Position numbers and translations under genes: made by a program
Shown: positions 9,501 through 22,334 of the stretch, one piece after another
Layout of the letters: each line of letters opens with the position of its first letter
Numbering within the stretch: the stretch's first letter is position 1
From: Nemertoderma westbladi
Taxonomy: Eukaryota; Animalia; Xenacoelomorpha
Assembly: GCA_032718475.1 (NCBI GenBank)
Contig: JAUCBJ010009057.1
Coordinates: forward strand, 62,001 to 126,000
Direction: 5' to 3'
Length of the DNA stretch: 64,000 nucleotides
The notes under the pieces: generated by a model
The model's database searches: none
The model's input: only the letters and a program-made list of their open reading frames with translations
What the model was told of the DNA's origin: nothing

Positions 9501-12500
9501 TGTGTTATACAGACGACGGCGAAAGCCAGACTTCTCAAGGAGAGGATAGTGGGAAAGACACTGAAAGATCTTATTATGTAAATAAAATGCCTAAAGAACA
9601 GGTAAGTAAATTCAAGTCTCGAACCAATGACAGGAGAGAACAGATAAGAAAAACTCCTCCTACGTCTCCTAAGAGAATTCAGGTGAGAAAGCCCGAAGAA
9701 AGAACGAGTGTGCACAATGTTATTCAAAATAAGGTAAGTAAAATCAAACCGAAATGTGCGCTATGTGACGGGACCCACCGTTTGAATATGTGTGATGAAT
9801 TCCTGAAGAAATCATTAACGGAGAGACGGGAAGTCATGTGGGATAAGCGGTTGTGTTATAATTGCCTCAGACAAGGACACCAACGGCGAACCTGTTACTC
9901 CGACACAAGGTGTGCAAAGTGCGGTGCGAAACATCATATCTTGTTGCACACTGAATTTGAGCGAAACAGCCAGAGTCAGGTAAGTGATTCCGAACTACAT
10001 GTCCAATTCAGTGATGTGAACGACACTGACCAAAGTTCTGAGATGGAAGGATTCTATACAGATGAATTCTCCGACGAAAATGAATTCTGTTACATGATAA
10101 ATACCGCAGTGTATCGAGCACTTACGTATGAAAAAGACACAGACAGCGACCTCACCCTAACTACTTCTGATCGACAACCATCTTGGAAAGCGCCACCTTC
10201 CAATGTAGGAATCCGAGAATTTCCTGTAGTACAGTTAAGGGTCCACGGACCTAAAAGGAGTTATGTAGTGAACGCCCTCCTTGACTCCGGTAGTACAGGA
10301 ACATTCATCGACAAAGAACTAGCCGAAGACATCTTTGCTGGACAACCCAAGTACCGAACTAAGCTAAACATGTCAGGAATTATGCAGGTTTGGAAATCTA
10401 CAGTAATAGCGGATTATTATGTAGGTGCGTTGTCCACCCCCCAGGATGAACTAGGAGAACATAGTATAAGGTCAGTGTGGCGATAAAGAACTTCGCTACC
10501 ACCCAAGTGGAACCTTATAACTGGGATGAGGACGATTTCACCCAGCAGCTGGAAATACCTAGATTCAACACCGATTACCCTGGAGTGCAAATACTCATCG
10601 GTCAAAACACGCATGAAGCGCTCGAGACATTGGAGAAACGGCCTGCTCAACCGCAACCACTACAAGCTTATGCGGGAAGAACTAGAGTGGGTTGGTACTT
10701 TACTGGCCCTTCCCGTAGAACTCTCATGGAAAGATTACCGAAAGACCAGGTATATCAGGTAAGAGAATGGGAAGTCGAGAGCAGTGAGTTAGACGATCCA
10801 ACTGAGGGAACACCATACTCCTCAGATAATGACGATGTCCACCAACTTTTCAATGAGGAGAATACCATTGATCTCCTTAAGGAAAACGAGACTTGGCAAA
10901 ACCAAGTGAACTTATGTCAGCTCCTTCTTCCATCAGAACGAGACGACTATAACGACGAACTTAATGACGTCATTGAACGTTATAATGCCAAGACTCGGGA
11001 TGAACACGCCGTACGATTCTTTACTCAAGAGGCTGTAGAGCCCAATTCCTACGATAAGGCCCTATCGGTAGAGGAAGAAAGAGCCAAGCAGATCCAAGAG
11101 ACAACTACACGTTTTCTTAAAGATCAAGGTAGATATGAGATCGGTCTACCTTTCCGAAAGCGAGAACCAAAGTTCATAAACAACAGACCCTTGGCAGAGA
11201 AAAGAATTGCTCAACTACATCGACGCCTTGCGGCAAATTCTTCAGCTAAAGAAATGTATCAAACGCAGTTGAAGAAATTTATTAGCAAGGGATATGCGGA
11301 GCGAGTACCGGAAGAAACACCTATAACTGAGAGAACGTATTATTTAACTCACCATTACGTTCCCAAACCCGGTAAACCCCATGAAGTATGAGTGGTGTTT
11401 GACGGCTCCGCCCTCTATATGGGCCAATCCCTTAATTCCGAATTGTTACCCGGACCCAACTTACTCCAATCCTTGTTGGGAATACTCTTAAGATTAAGAC
11501 AATATTCAATCGCTTTCGCCTCAGATATAGAAGGCATGTTCTTACAAGTTAAGGCGCTGGATAGGGATCGAGATAGCCTACGATTTCTGTGGTGGCCTGA
11601 AGGAGACCTCAACCAGAAACCAGTGGAGTACTGGATGACCATCCAGGCTTTTGGGATAATCTCAAGCCCTTCAAACGCCTGTTCAGTGGTGCGCACCACT
11701 GCGGATGACAACCGAGAAGCCTTCTCTAAAGAGGTGATTGACAACATCAAACGGGATATATACATGGACGATAATCTAAAGTCCCTTCCATCAGTCGAAG
11801 AAGCCATTGATGTCGCTAAAGGAATGGTAGAGTGCTTAAAAAGAGGTGGATTTCGATTAACTAAATTCACCAGCAACTCCCGTGAGTTTCTGGAGTCGAT
11901 CCCAGTAGAAGATAGAGGAGCGAAAGACCTGGATCTAATCAAAGATGATCTTCCAGAAACCAAGACACTTGGTTTGAAATGGGACACAGAGAGAGATGTC
12001 CTGTTCTTCCAGCTAAAACAGCGAGATAATCCAGTTCGTACTAAACGGATTTGTTTAAGTATCCTGAGCACTTATTTCGATCCATTGGGATTTATTAGCC
12101 CAGTTATATTGATTGCTCGGAGTTTAGTACAACAAATGTGGCTTGAAAACCACTCATGGGACGATCCACTTAAGGGAGAATTATTAAAGAAGTGGATGAA
12201 ATGGGAAGATTCTCTACCAGCCATCGAGAACTTTATAATTTCCCGTTCATATTTTGGTCATGTTCTCCCTACGTATTCCTATCAACTCCATGTGTTTGGA
12301 GACGCCTGCGATATGGGAATAGGTATAGTAGCCTACCTAAGGGTGGAAACTCTGGACGGAATCAAAGTCGCCTTGGTTACCTCTAAGGCATTGATAAACA
12401 ATAAGTTGAAAGTTCCTCGAGCGGAGTTAAAAGCGGCTCTATACGCTACAGCCATCGGCCGGAATGTAACAGAACAGATCGACTATCCACTGGAGAAAAC

Positions 12501-13415
12501 TGTCTATTGGACCGACGCTTTACTCGTGTTGGAGTATATAACTAATGAAGTCTGTCAGTTCAGCGTCTTCGTTACCAACAGAGTAGCCATTATACTCAGT
12601 CGCACAACGATGGATCAATGGAGACATTGCCCCGGAACGATTAATCCAGCAGACATCGCCTCCAGGGGAGCAACTCCACAAGAACTGGTAGATACTCCAG
12701 ACTGGCTAGGTGGACCCGACTTCCTCTACAAAGAAGAAGAAGAATGGCCTCCTCATCTTACTACCACAGAGATTAGACAGGCCAAGGGAGCGGAGAAAGT
12801 CAAACCTAAAACTCGGGCGAGTAAATCGAAGTTATTCAAACCTATGGTAGATCTGTCTGTACTACATACTTCTGGAGACGACGCTTTGGATCACAAACCC
12901 ACAGCCACAAACAAGTTTGTTGTGGAAATCCATGAGAAGGATTGGAAATCTGGAATACCAGACGTCTCGCAAGGACTCTCACCTCTTCTGCAGAGAGCGA
13001 TACATCACTACAGTTCCTGGAATCGGCTCTGTAAGGCCGTTACATATTTAAAGAGATGTTTTCACCATCACTACTCCGGGATGAAGACCAAAAGTGATAC
13101 CGCTCCAATAACATCGGTGCAGGTCCATGTTATTAAAGATCTTCCCAAATATAAGATATCCGACAGGTTTCTGAAGGAGAAGATCAGTTATCAGGAGCAT
13201 GAAGAAACCAACAAACAGATGCTGAGACTCCTGCAATGCTATGAGGATTCCGATAAGTATTTCCTGTTGTTGAGAAATCCGCAGATGCGCTTAAGGGATC
13301 GTTTCTCTAGCACAATGATAGATGGGTTGATACGTGTTGGAGGAAGATTAACGAACGCTCCATTATCCTTTGACACTAAGTTTCCCATACTCATTAGAAA
13401 TCTTGAAATACAAGT
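6544..13415 (+). pseudogene. gag-pol: Disrupted gag-pol of A1 (ORF pieces 6544-7290, 7322-10486, 10477-11391, 11392-13415)
   Basis: Gag core KFNGDEMKWLPF…EKLRFLIECLEG (DUF1759-like). Knuckles CALCDGTHRLNMC, CYNCLRQGHQRRTC, CAKCGAKHH. PR LLDSGS; RT SDIEGMFLQV…YMDD; RNase H LHVFGDA, VPRAEL, WTDA, NPADIASRG. Lesions: frameshift near 7265-7290, 7-bp deletion near 10476 relative to A2, in-frame TGA at 11389-11391, 3' truncation. Confidence 0.95.
7725..7895 (+). repeat. Coding minisatellite in gag (48-bp unit, AAEAERKAAEAERKLA), predicted charged alpha-helix
   Basis: GCGGCAGAAGCGGAAAGAAAAGCGGCCGAAGCGGAAAGAAAGCTAGCA repeated about 3 times in frame. Confidence 0.92.
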
Positions 13416-13417
13416 TT

Positions 13418-13642
13418 GTATTGGTGTATCATGTATGTACGGCAAGTATTGGTGTACCATGTAAGTACCTCAAGTATTGGTGTACCATGTAAGTACCGCA
13501 AGTATTGGTGTATCATGTAAGTACCGCAAGTATTGGTGTACCATGTAAGTACCTCAAGTATTGGTGTATCATGTAAGTACCTCAAGTATTGGTGTATCAT
13601 GTATGTACCGCAAGTATTGGTGTATCATGTATGTACCGCAAG
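13418..13642. repeat. 8-unit satellite block, duplicate of 2851-3075
   Basis: Same order of variant units as the block before LTR A1 (one SNP), at an offset of 10,567 bp. Confidence 0.95.
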
Positions 13643-14823
13643 TGTAAAGGCTTTTGCGGAATTAGCCGGTTATTTTCCCCGTAAAGTACTCTGTAGTTGG
13701 TTTAACAGGCATAAAAGGCCGTGTCCTTACTGTACTGGTGTTTTAGAGGACATAAAAGCCATTTCTTCTGTATGTGTACTTTAGCGGACATAATTAGCAA
13801 TTCTATGACGCAATACGCCAGATCCTCTTGAAACAGTGTAGCTACCATGACGACGGCTAACAGCTGAGGCTGTACACGTGGAGCTTTTTCTTTGTTCTCT
13901 GTTCCTTCTTTGTTCGGTCGACCAATCAGAGCGTTTTTTGACTCTGTGTTGGAGATTGTATACAGAAACTCGTGGAGTTGAGTCAGTATGTGTTTTTATC
14001 CACTGCCTAGAACACCGGCTTTGGAACCTCCGTGTTTCAGTCTTTAGCACAACATTAGTAGGCTTAATTATAGAACGTATATCTGTTATCATAACTTAAC
14101 TCACAAACCATACCAATTCGCATCTCATTAAACATATCAATCAAACTTAACTTAACATTTTACTGCTATTTACTGTCGGTTATTCATTATATTTGTTGAT
14201 GGAATATTATATTTGGAATACTGATAAATAATCAGACACCCCAATCTTCTTGATATACTAAAGGTTAGAGAGACCGGTTACATATAACGATTGCGACTTA
14301 CATTAAAGTGGTTTGAAGTCAATCTAATGCTATTTCATAGGCCCTACATGTATTGTCTGTTGTTCTCTTTATATGTGACTAAAATTAGTGAAGGTCGGCA
14401 GATCAGTGTGCAGTATTGTGCAGTATTGTGTATGATTGTGACTGATAACAAAGCATCTCCTAAAGAATGCGCCATATATGTAAATCTATAGCCATCCCGT
14501 TGTGTCTAGTTTAAGTCATAACTCTGTTTACATATTTAGAGCGCCACGTCCTAAAGGAACTGTTAATATTTCCCGAAAGTGAATAATATTTGTCAGAGAT
14601 TATATATTACGATCAGTCGAATAATACAGTAGGCTTACACCGCAATACGGTTAGGCTTCCGAATCCAGTCTCCCGGGTATATCCAGCGGGTGAATGATCG
14701 CGCATAGACTGGCTTCGGCTAATGTAGTGTATCAAATACTTGTCATAGGCTAAAGACGATCTACTATCTAGAAGACATCCCAATTTGGCAGGTTAAACTG
14801 CTAAAGGTCTGAAAGCGCAAACA
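13643..14823 (+). repeat. 5' LTR of A2 (1181 bp)
   Basis: TGTAAAGG...GCGCAAACA; matches the other two LTRs. Confidence 0.97.
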
Positions 14824-15434
14824 ATAACAGATATTGCTTCTGTATTGCAGTAGGCAATAAAGCTGAAGTACCGGTTAACCGGTACCTAGTAGGCCTGACT
14901 ACCTAACCACCCGGACCGGTACCTACAGCAGTACAGGTACAGCAGTATTATTCGATTGTGATATTGTATACCGGTAGGCTGTTTAAGAGATTAGGGACTG
15001 TACACCCCTTGTTTCTTTTGGAGCTTACTTATTTCTGTCAGTTTTATTTATTTGTAGGCCAGTATTGAGCAGAAGGCGTGTAAGCCTGCTCAGATTGTAC
15101 AGACAATTTGTAGGCTGGACTGTTGTCTGACTGTTGTTAAGTCTGAAGGAACTGTAGTGTGTGTAGAGCGTATGTCCGAAAAAGTACTAGTTAGGAAAGT
15201 AGGGGCTGCCAGTACTGTGAGGTGAACCCCCTCGAAAGAATAAGTCGTACTACTCGGTTAGAACGCATACTAACTAACCATTTCGGAGTCTGCATATACT
15301 GTAGTGTATTTAGGCTTGATAGTAGTCGCCAGCGTTTGGTCTGTACTTTGTTTGTGTAGTCTGTACGGGTAGCATAATATTCTTATTTAGATAATTTGTA
15401 GGCTGGATTTTGCCTGGCTGTTATTAGGTCTGAA

Positions 15435-18400
15435 TTACAGCTCCTAAAACAGTCCAGAGAGAAGACACCGGAAAACAAGGTAAGTGAGAAACCCGTTTCT
15501 AGGAGAAAGGTAACACCAGTGTGTTATACAGACGACGGCGAAAGCCAGACTTCTCAAGGAGAGGATAGCGGGAAAGACACTGAAAGATCTTATTATGTCA
15601 ATAAAATGCCTAAAGAACAGGTAAGTAAATTCAAGTCTCGAACCAATGACAGGAGAGAACAGATAAGAAAAACTCCTCCTACGTCTCCTAAGAGAATTCA
15701 GGTGAGAAAGCCCGAAGAAAGAACGAGTGTGCACAATGTTATTCAAAATAAGGTAAGTAACATCAAACCGAAATGTGCGCTATGTGACGGGACCCACCGT
15801 TTGAATATGTGTGATGAATTCCTGAAGAAATCATTAACGGAGAGACGTGAAGTCATGTGGGATAAGCGGTTGTGTTATAATTGCCTCAGACAAGGACACC
15901 AACGGCGAACCTGTTACTCCGACACAAGGTGTGCAAAGTGCGGTGCGAAACATCATATCTTGTTGCACACTGAATTTGAGCGAAACAGCCAGAGTCAGGT
16001 AAGTGATTCCGAACTACATGTCCAATTCAGTGATGTGAACGACACTGACCAAAGTTCTGAGATGGAAGGATTCTATACAGATGAATTCTCCGACGAAAAT
16101 GAATCCTGTTACATGATAAATACCGCAGTGTATCGAGCACTTACGTATGAAAAAGAAACAGACAGCGACCTCACCCTAACTACTTCTGATCGACAACCAT
16201 CTTGGAAAGCGCCACCTTCCAATGTAGGAATCCGAGAATTTCCTGTAGTACAGTTAAGGGTCCACGGACCTAAAAGGAGTTATGTAGTGAACGCCCTCCT
16301 TGACTCCGGTAGTACAGGAACATTCATCGACAAAGAACTAGCCGAAGACATCTTTGCTGGACAACCCAAGTTCCGAACTAAGCTAAACATATCAGGAATT
16401 ATGCAGGTTTGGAAATCTACAGTAATAGCGGATTATTATGTAGGTGCGTTGTCCACCCCCCAGGATGAACTAGGAGAACATAGTATAAGGTCAGTAAAAA
16501 TGGTGGCGATAAAGAACTTCGCTACCACCCAAGTGGAACCTTATAACTGGGATGAGGACGATTTCACCCAGCAGCTGGAAATACCTAGATTCAACACCGA
16601 TTACCCTGGAGTGCAAATACTCATCGGTCAAAACGCGCATGAAGCGCTCGAGACATTGGAGAAACGGCCTGCTCAACCGCAACCACTACAAGCTCATGCG
16701 GGAAGAACTAGAGTGGGTTGGTACTTTACTGGCCCTTCCCGTAGAACTCTCATGGAAAGATTACCGAAAGACCAGGTATATCAGGTAAGAGAATGGGAAG
16801 TCGAGAGCAGTGAGTTAGACGATCCAACTGAGGGAACACCATACTCCTCAGATAATGACGATGTCCACCAACTTTTCGATGAGGAGAATACCATTGATCT
16901 CCTTAAGGAAAACGAGACTTGGCAAAACCAAGTGAACTTATGTCAGCTCCTTCTTCCATCAGAACGAGACGACTATAACAATTATAACAACTATAACAAT
17001 ACTATAACGACGAACTTAATGACGTCATTGAACGTTATAATGCCAAGACTCGGGATGAACACGCCGTACGATTCTTTACTCAAGAGGCTGTAGAGCCCAA
17101 TTCCTACGATAAGGCCCTATCGGTAGAGGAAGAAAGAGCCAAGCAGATCCAAGAGACAACTACACGTTTTCTTAAAGATCAAGGTAGATATGAGATCGGT
17201 CTACCTTTCCGAAAGCGAGAACCAAAGTTCATAAACAACAGACCCTTGGCAGAGAAAAGAATTGCTCAACTACATCGACGCCTTGCGGCAAATTCTTCAG
17301 CTAAAGAAATGTATCAAACGCAGTTGAAGAAATTTATTAGCAAGGGATATGCGGAGCGAGTACCGGAAGAAACACCTATAACTGAGAGAACGTATTATTT
17401 AACTCACCATTACGTTCCCAAACCCGGTAAACCCCATGAAGTATGAGTGGTGTTTGACGGCTCCGCCCTCTATATGGGCCAATCCCTTAATTCCGAATTG
17501 TTACCCGGACCCAACTTACTCCAATCCTTGTTGGGAATACTCTTAAGATTAAGACAATATTCAATCGCTTTCGCCTCAGATATAGAAGGCATGTTCTTAC
17601 AAGTTAAGGCGCTGGATAGGGATCGAGATAGCCTACGATTTCTGTGGTGGCCTGAAGGAGACCTCAACCAGAAACCAGTGGAGTACTGGATGACCATCCA
17701 GGCTTTTGGGATAATCTCAAGCCCTTCAAACGCCTGTTCAGTGGTGCGCACCACTGCGGATGACAACCGAGAAGCCTTCTCTAAAGAGGTGATTGACAAC
17801 ATCAAACGGGATATATACATGGACGATAATCTAAAGTCCCTTCCATCAGTCGAAGAAGCCATTGATGTCGCTAAAGGAATGGTAGAGTGCTTAAAAAGAG
17901 GTGGATTTCGATTAACTAAATTCACCAGCAACTCCCGTGAGTTTCTGGAGTCGATCCCAGTAGAAGATAGAGGAGCGAAAGACCTGGATCTAATCAAAGA
18001 TGATCTTCCAGAAACCAAGACACTTGGTTTGAAATGGGACACAGAGAGAGATGTCCTGTTCTTCCAGCTAAAACAGCGAGATAATCCAGTTCGTACTAAA
18101 CGGATTTGTTTAAGTATCCTGAGCACTTATTTCGATCCATTGGGATTTATTAGCCCAGTTATATTGATTGCTCGGAGTTTAGTACAACAAATGTGGCTTG
18201 AAAACCACTCATGGGACGATCCACTTAAGGGAGAATTATTAAAGAAGTGGATGAAATGGGAAGATTCTCTACCAGCCATCGAGAACTTTATAATTTCCCG
18301 TTCATATTTTGGTCATGTTCTCCCTACGTATTCCTATCAACTCCATGTGTTTGGAGACGCCAGCGATATGGGAATAGGTATAGTAGCCTACCTAAGGGTG

Positions 18401-20701
18401 GAAACTCCGGACGGAATCAAAGTCGCCTTGGTTACCTCTAAGGCATTGATAAACAATAAGTTGAAAGTTCCTCGAGCGGAGTTAAAAGCGGCTCTATACG
18501 CTACAGCCATCGGCCGGAATGTAACAGAACAGATCGACTATCCACTGGAGAAAACTGTCTATTGGACCGACGCTTTACTCGTGTTGGAGTATATAACTAA
18601 TGAAGTCTGTCAGTTCAGCGTCTTCGTTACCAACAGAGTAGCCATTATACTCAGTCGCACAACGATGGATCAATGGAGACATTGTCCCGGAATGATTAAT
18701 CCAGCAGACATCGCCTCCAGGGGAGCAACTCCGCAAGAACTGGTAGATACTCCAGACTGGCTAGGTGGACCCGACTTCCTCTACAAAGAAGAAGAAGAAT
18801 GGCCTCCTCATCTTACTACCACAGAGATTAGACAGGCCAAGGGAGCGGAGAAAGTCAAACCTATAACTCGGGCGAGTAAATCGAAGTTATTCAAACCTAT
18901 GGTAGATCTGTCTGTACTACATACTTCCGGAGACGATGCTTTGGATCAGAAACCCACAGCCACAAACAAGTTTGTTGTGGAAATCCGTGAGAAGGATTGG
19001 AAATCTGGAATACCAGACGTCTCGCAAGGACTCTCACCTCTTCTGCAGAGAGCGATACATCACTACAGTTCCTGGAATCGGCTCTGTAAGGCCGTTACAT
19101 ATTTAAAATGATGTTTCCACCATCACTACTCCGGGATGAAGACCAAAAGTGATACCGCTCCAATAACATCGGTGCAGGTCCATGTTATTAAAGATCTTCC
19201 CAAATATAAGATATCCGACAGGTTTCTGAAGGAGAAGATCAGTTATCAGGAGCATGAAGAAACCAACAAACAGATGCTGAGACTCCTGCAATGCTATGAG
19301 GATTCCGATAAGTATTTCCTGTTGTTGAGAAATCCGCAGATGCGCTTAAGGGATCGTTTCTCTAGCACAATGATAGATGGGTTGATACGTGTTGGAGGAA
19401 GATTAACGAACGCTCCATTATCCTTTGACACTAAGTTTCCCATACTCATTAGAAATCTTGAAATACAAGTCAAGATGATTGTAGACGTTCACAGCAAACT
19501 TTATCATGCTGGTAGAGAACGAGTTCTTAGCGAAATTCAAACTCGCTATTATTTTTATAAACCCCGTAGAGCTCTGAACCAAGTTCTTAGGAACTGCATA
19601 CCCTGTAGGAAAGCATTCAGTAGGCCTTTAACACAGCGAGAGGCAGAATTACCTAGGGAACGAGTAAGCTTCTATGAACCACCCTTTACTAATACCGGTG
19701 TGGATTTATTTGGCCCTATTGAAGTATATCGTGCTAGGACTATAGTCAAGAGATGGTGTGTCATCTTTGTTTGTATGACTTGTAGAGCTATCCATCTCGA
19801 TATGGTGAACGATTTATCTACCAACAGCTTTCTACTAAGCTTACGACGACAGATCGCTCGCTTTGGCACTAGTAACACGATGAGATCTGATAAGGGAACA
19901 AACTTCATTGGTGCCAACAATGAAATCAAAGCTTACGTCAAAGATTGGAACCAAAGACAGGTGGACGATCAGCTACGAGTAACAGCGTCTAGCTGGACCT
20001 TCAATGCCGCCTACGCCCCTTGGTGGGGAGGAAGTTGGGAGAGATTAATAAGAAGTGTGAAGACAGCATTTCACTTCATAGTGCCTTGCCGCGCGTATCT
20101 CACCGACGAACTTTTGCGGACGTTAATGGAGGAAATCGCCGCCTATCTCAACGAGAGACCGCTTATGCCAGTCTCATCGAGTCCCGATTCCCTGGAAGCG
20201 CTAACACCCGCGCACTTCCTACTGAAGAAACCTGTAGCCATGCTCCCACAATCGGAAATCACAGACGGAGACGAATACTGCCGGCAAACTTGGCAACTCA
20301 TGCAATTGTTATCCCGTCGTTTCTCTGACCATTTCGAGAAACATTACTTGCCCACTCTACAACTTCGAACTAAGTGGTTTGCGCAGCAAGAGAACGTCAG
20401 CGCTGGAGACATGGTTCTTATTGTGGATGTAGATCTTCCACGTAAGCGGTGGCAGACAGGTCGTATCATCGAGACTCACATCTCGGATGACGGTTTGGTG
20501 CGATCGGTAGAACTCGTCGTCATGCGACGTAACTTCAAGAAACCGGGAATTGTCTTCGAGACACAGCAGCTCAATCGCCCAGTTGGTCGCTTATGTTTAC
20601 TGGAAAGAGACAGAGAACTCTCCGGAAACTATGGAAGGCAAGATACTCTTCCCACGACCACCTCCCTAATCCAACAAACATCTAGGGACTCCCCCACTTA
20701 A
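15435..20701 (+). pseudogene. gag-pol: Disrupted gag(3' part)-pol of A2, including a complete integrase (ORF 19136-20701)
   Basis: Same domains as A1. Integrase has HHCC (HSKLYH…CIPC), DDE (VDLFGP, SDKGTNF, WERLIRS) and a BEL-type C-terminal region (RTKW…GDMVLI…DGLVRSV…RPVGRLCLLE). Lesions: loss of 5' gag, frameshifting insertion at ~16980, TGA at 17444-17446 and TGA at 19109-19111. Confidence 0.95.
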
Positions 20702-21249
20702 CAACGGCTGGAGTGGGTGTATGACTATATTTTATATTTGTTTTTATTCTTTTATATTTATGTATGTATTATTATGTAATTTTATTATAATCGTTTTCTT
20801 TAATTTTATTTAGTAGAATGTTATTTTAGCGATTATTTAGTAGATTAGTGCAATATATATTAGCGTTTATTACTTAATTACTTATATATTATATTTAGTG
20901 CGACGGCGAGAAATAATTCTTTTTCTCCTTCCTTACTGTCCGTATTACATTACAAATACGTAACTACAGTAAGATGAAATGTCCGTACTTATTAAAGTAG
21001 AATAAAGCTCCTACTATATTTAAGTATTATTGGTAAGCAGAGTAAAAGGAATACAAAATTCAGATCCTCGTGTCTCGGCTAAACCAAGCTCTGGGTAGAC
21101 CTTGGAAACGACTTGCCTCTTCTCACTGACATTGCTTCGTGCGATATTGCTCTCATACTGTATATTAAATAATACATATAGTAGCGTGATGTCCCTTTAA
21201 CAGTAGCGTATAACGCAAAATAAATCTGTTAAACCCTTTGACCATCTGC

Positions 21250-21525
21250 AATTCTAGTCGATTAAGATATCGCGGCACCCACTGATATACTTGAAAGACA
21301 AAATTCTAGAATCAGTGGTTAACGTCCCCAGACAAGTTCTGGAATAAACTGGTGCCCATCCTAAATATTAATTATTAATATTTACAAATTCTGTCAAATT
21401 TTAGATCCTTTAAAATTCTAGTCTATTAAGATATCGTAGCACTTACCGATACTCTTAAAAGGACAAAATTCCTAGAATCAAGGATCCCAGTCCCCAGACA
21501 TGTTCTGGAATAAAATTGTGTCTAT
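21250..21525 (+). repeat. Diverged ~110-bp direct repeat (spacing ~164 bp) in the spacer between pol and the extra ORF
   Basis: AATTCTAGTC-ATTAAGATATCG…ACAAAATTC…GTCCCCAGACA-GTTCTGGAATAAA occurs at ~21250 and ~21414. Confidence 0.85.
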
Positions 21526-22334
21526 TTAACATTAAATAATAAAATTTACGGGAATAAATTTAAATTCATATATTTAATGAATTTAATAAATTGTCATTTT
21601 TATACAATTTATAATATTCCCAAAATTCCTTTAATTAATAGATCATGGGAGCGGAGATTCACTCTATTAAGTGTATTAGTGTGCGAGAATCTCCAATATA
21701 TAGTCAATAGCCGATAAAATTCATAAAATCATGTATAAAGGGGATATTGACCATTAAAGAATTACTATTAAATAGCATCCCAGATCTGTATGCATGAGAA
21801 TTACCCTAATTCTACCGCTAGCTTTCCATAATGTCACCATGGCAACAACCACGCTAGAATTAGAAGTGAGTTAAAAGAACAATAGAAAGCTTGCCCCATT
21901 GAATAGCATAGGGAATAAATAGCGCACTGCTAGTATCCAAGGATACATAATAAATAAAGTGACATTCTGGAAGGTACTGACTAACGGACAAATGGCCCGA
22001 ATGTGTACAGTTTGTGGCAGTTGTGTTGAATTTGTGCGTTCATAGGTGAATGTTACTGCTAAAGTGTGTTTACAGTAGCTAGTCGCAATTGTGAAAGTAG
22101 CCCTAACTCTCCAGAAAGAACCTGAAGTACATCTAAGCCTTTGGGACGGACAGTGGAGTGACTTGCGCCGGTTATCGTTGTCATTGTGTAGCTACATCGT
22201 TGGCGAAAGCACAGCGACGACGGTACATCGGCGCTGAGGATCTTGCACTGTCCGGGGGCAAAAGAGGGGTAGGCAGCGACGCCCGCTAGCCTAATATATA
22301 AACTCATTATAATATTGATAAACTCATAGCAGAT

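Larger units (their letters stand above)
3076..13415 (+). mobile_element. BEL/Pao LTR retrotransposon, copy A1 (5' LTR, leader, gag-PR-RT-RH; truncated just before the integrase HHCC domain)
   Basis: LTR followed by gag-pol with BEL-type triple Cys/His Gag motifs, protease LLDSGS, RT YMDD and RNase H VFGDA. Identity to copy A2 ends at GAAATACAAGT (13415), where satellite resumes. Confidence 0.96.

Noticed and set aside
11415-12071. Antisense ORFs over pol and gag (also 17470-18126, 57222-57902, 60587-61279, 62144-62749)
   Set aside because: They are shadows of the sense coding frame with no independent motifs.
20500-20701. Chromodomain or other targeting domain at the integrase C-terminus
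   Set aside because: Only a short S/T-rich tail follows the usual BEL C-terminal motif; no chromodomain pattern is recognisable.
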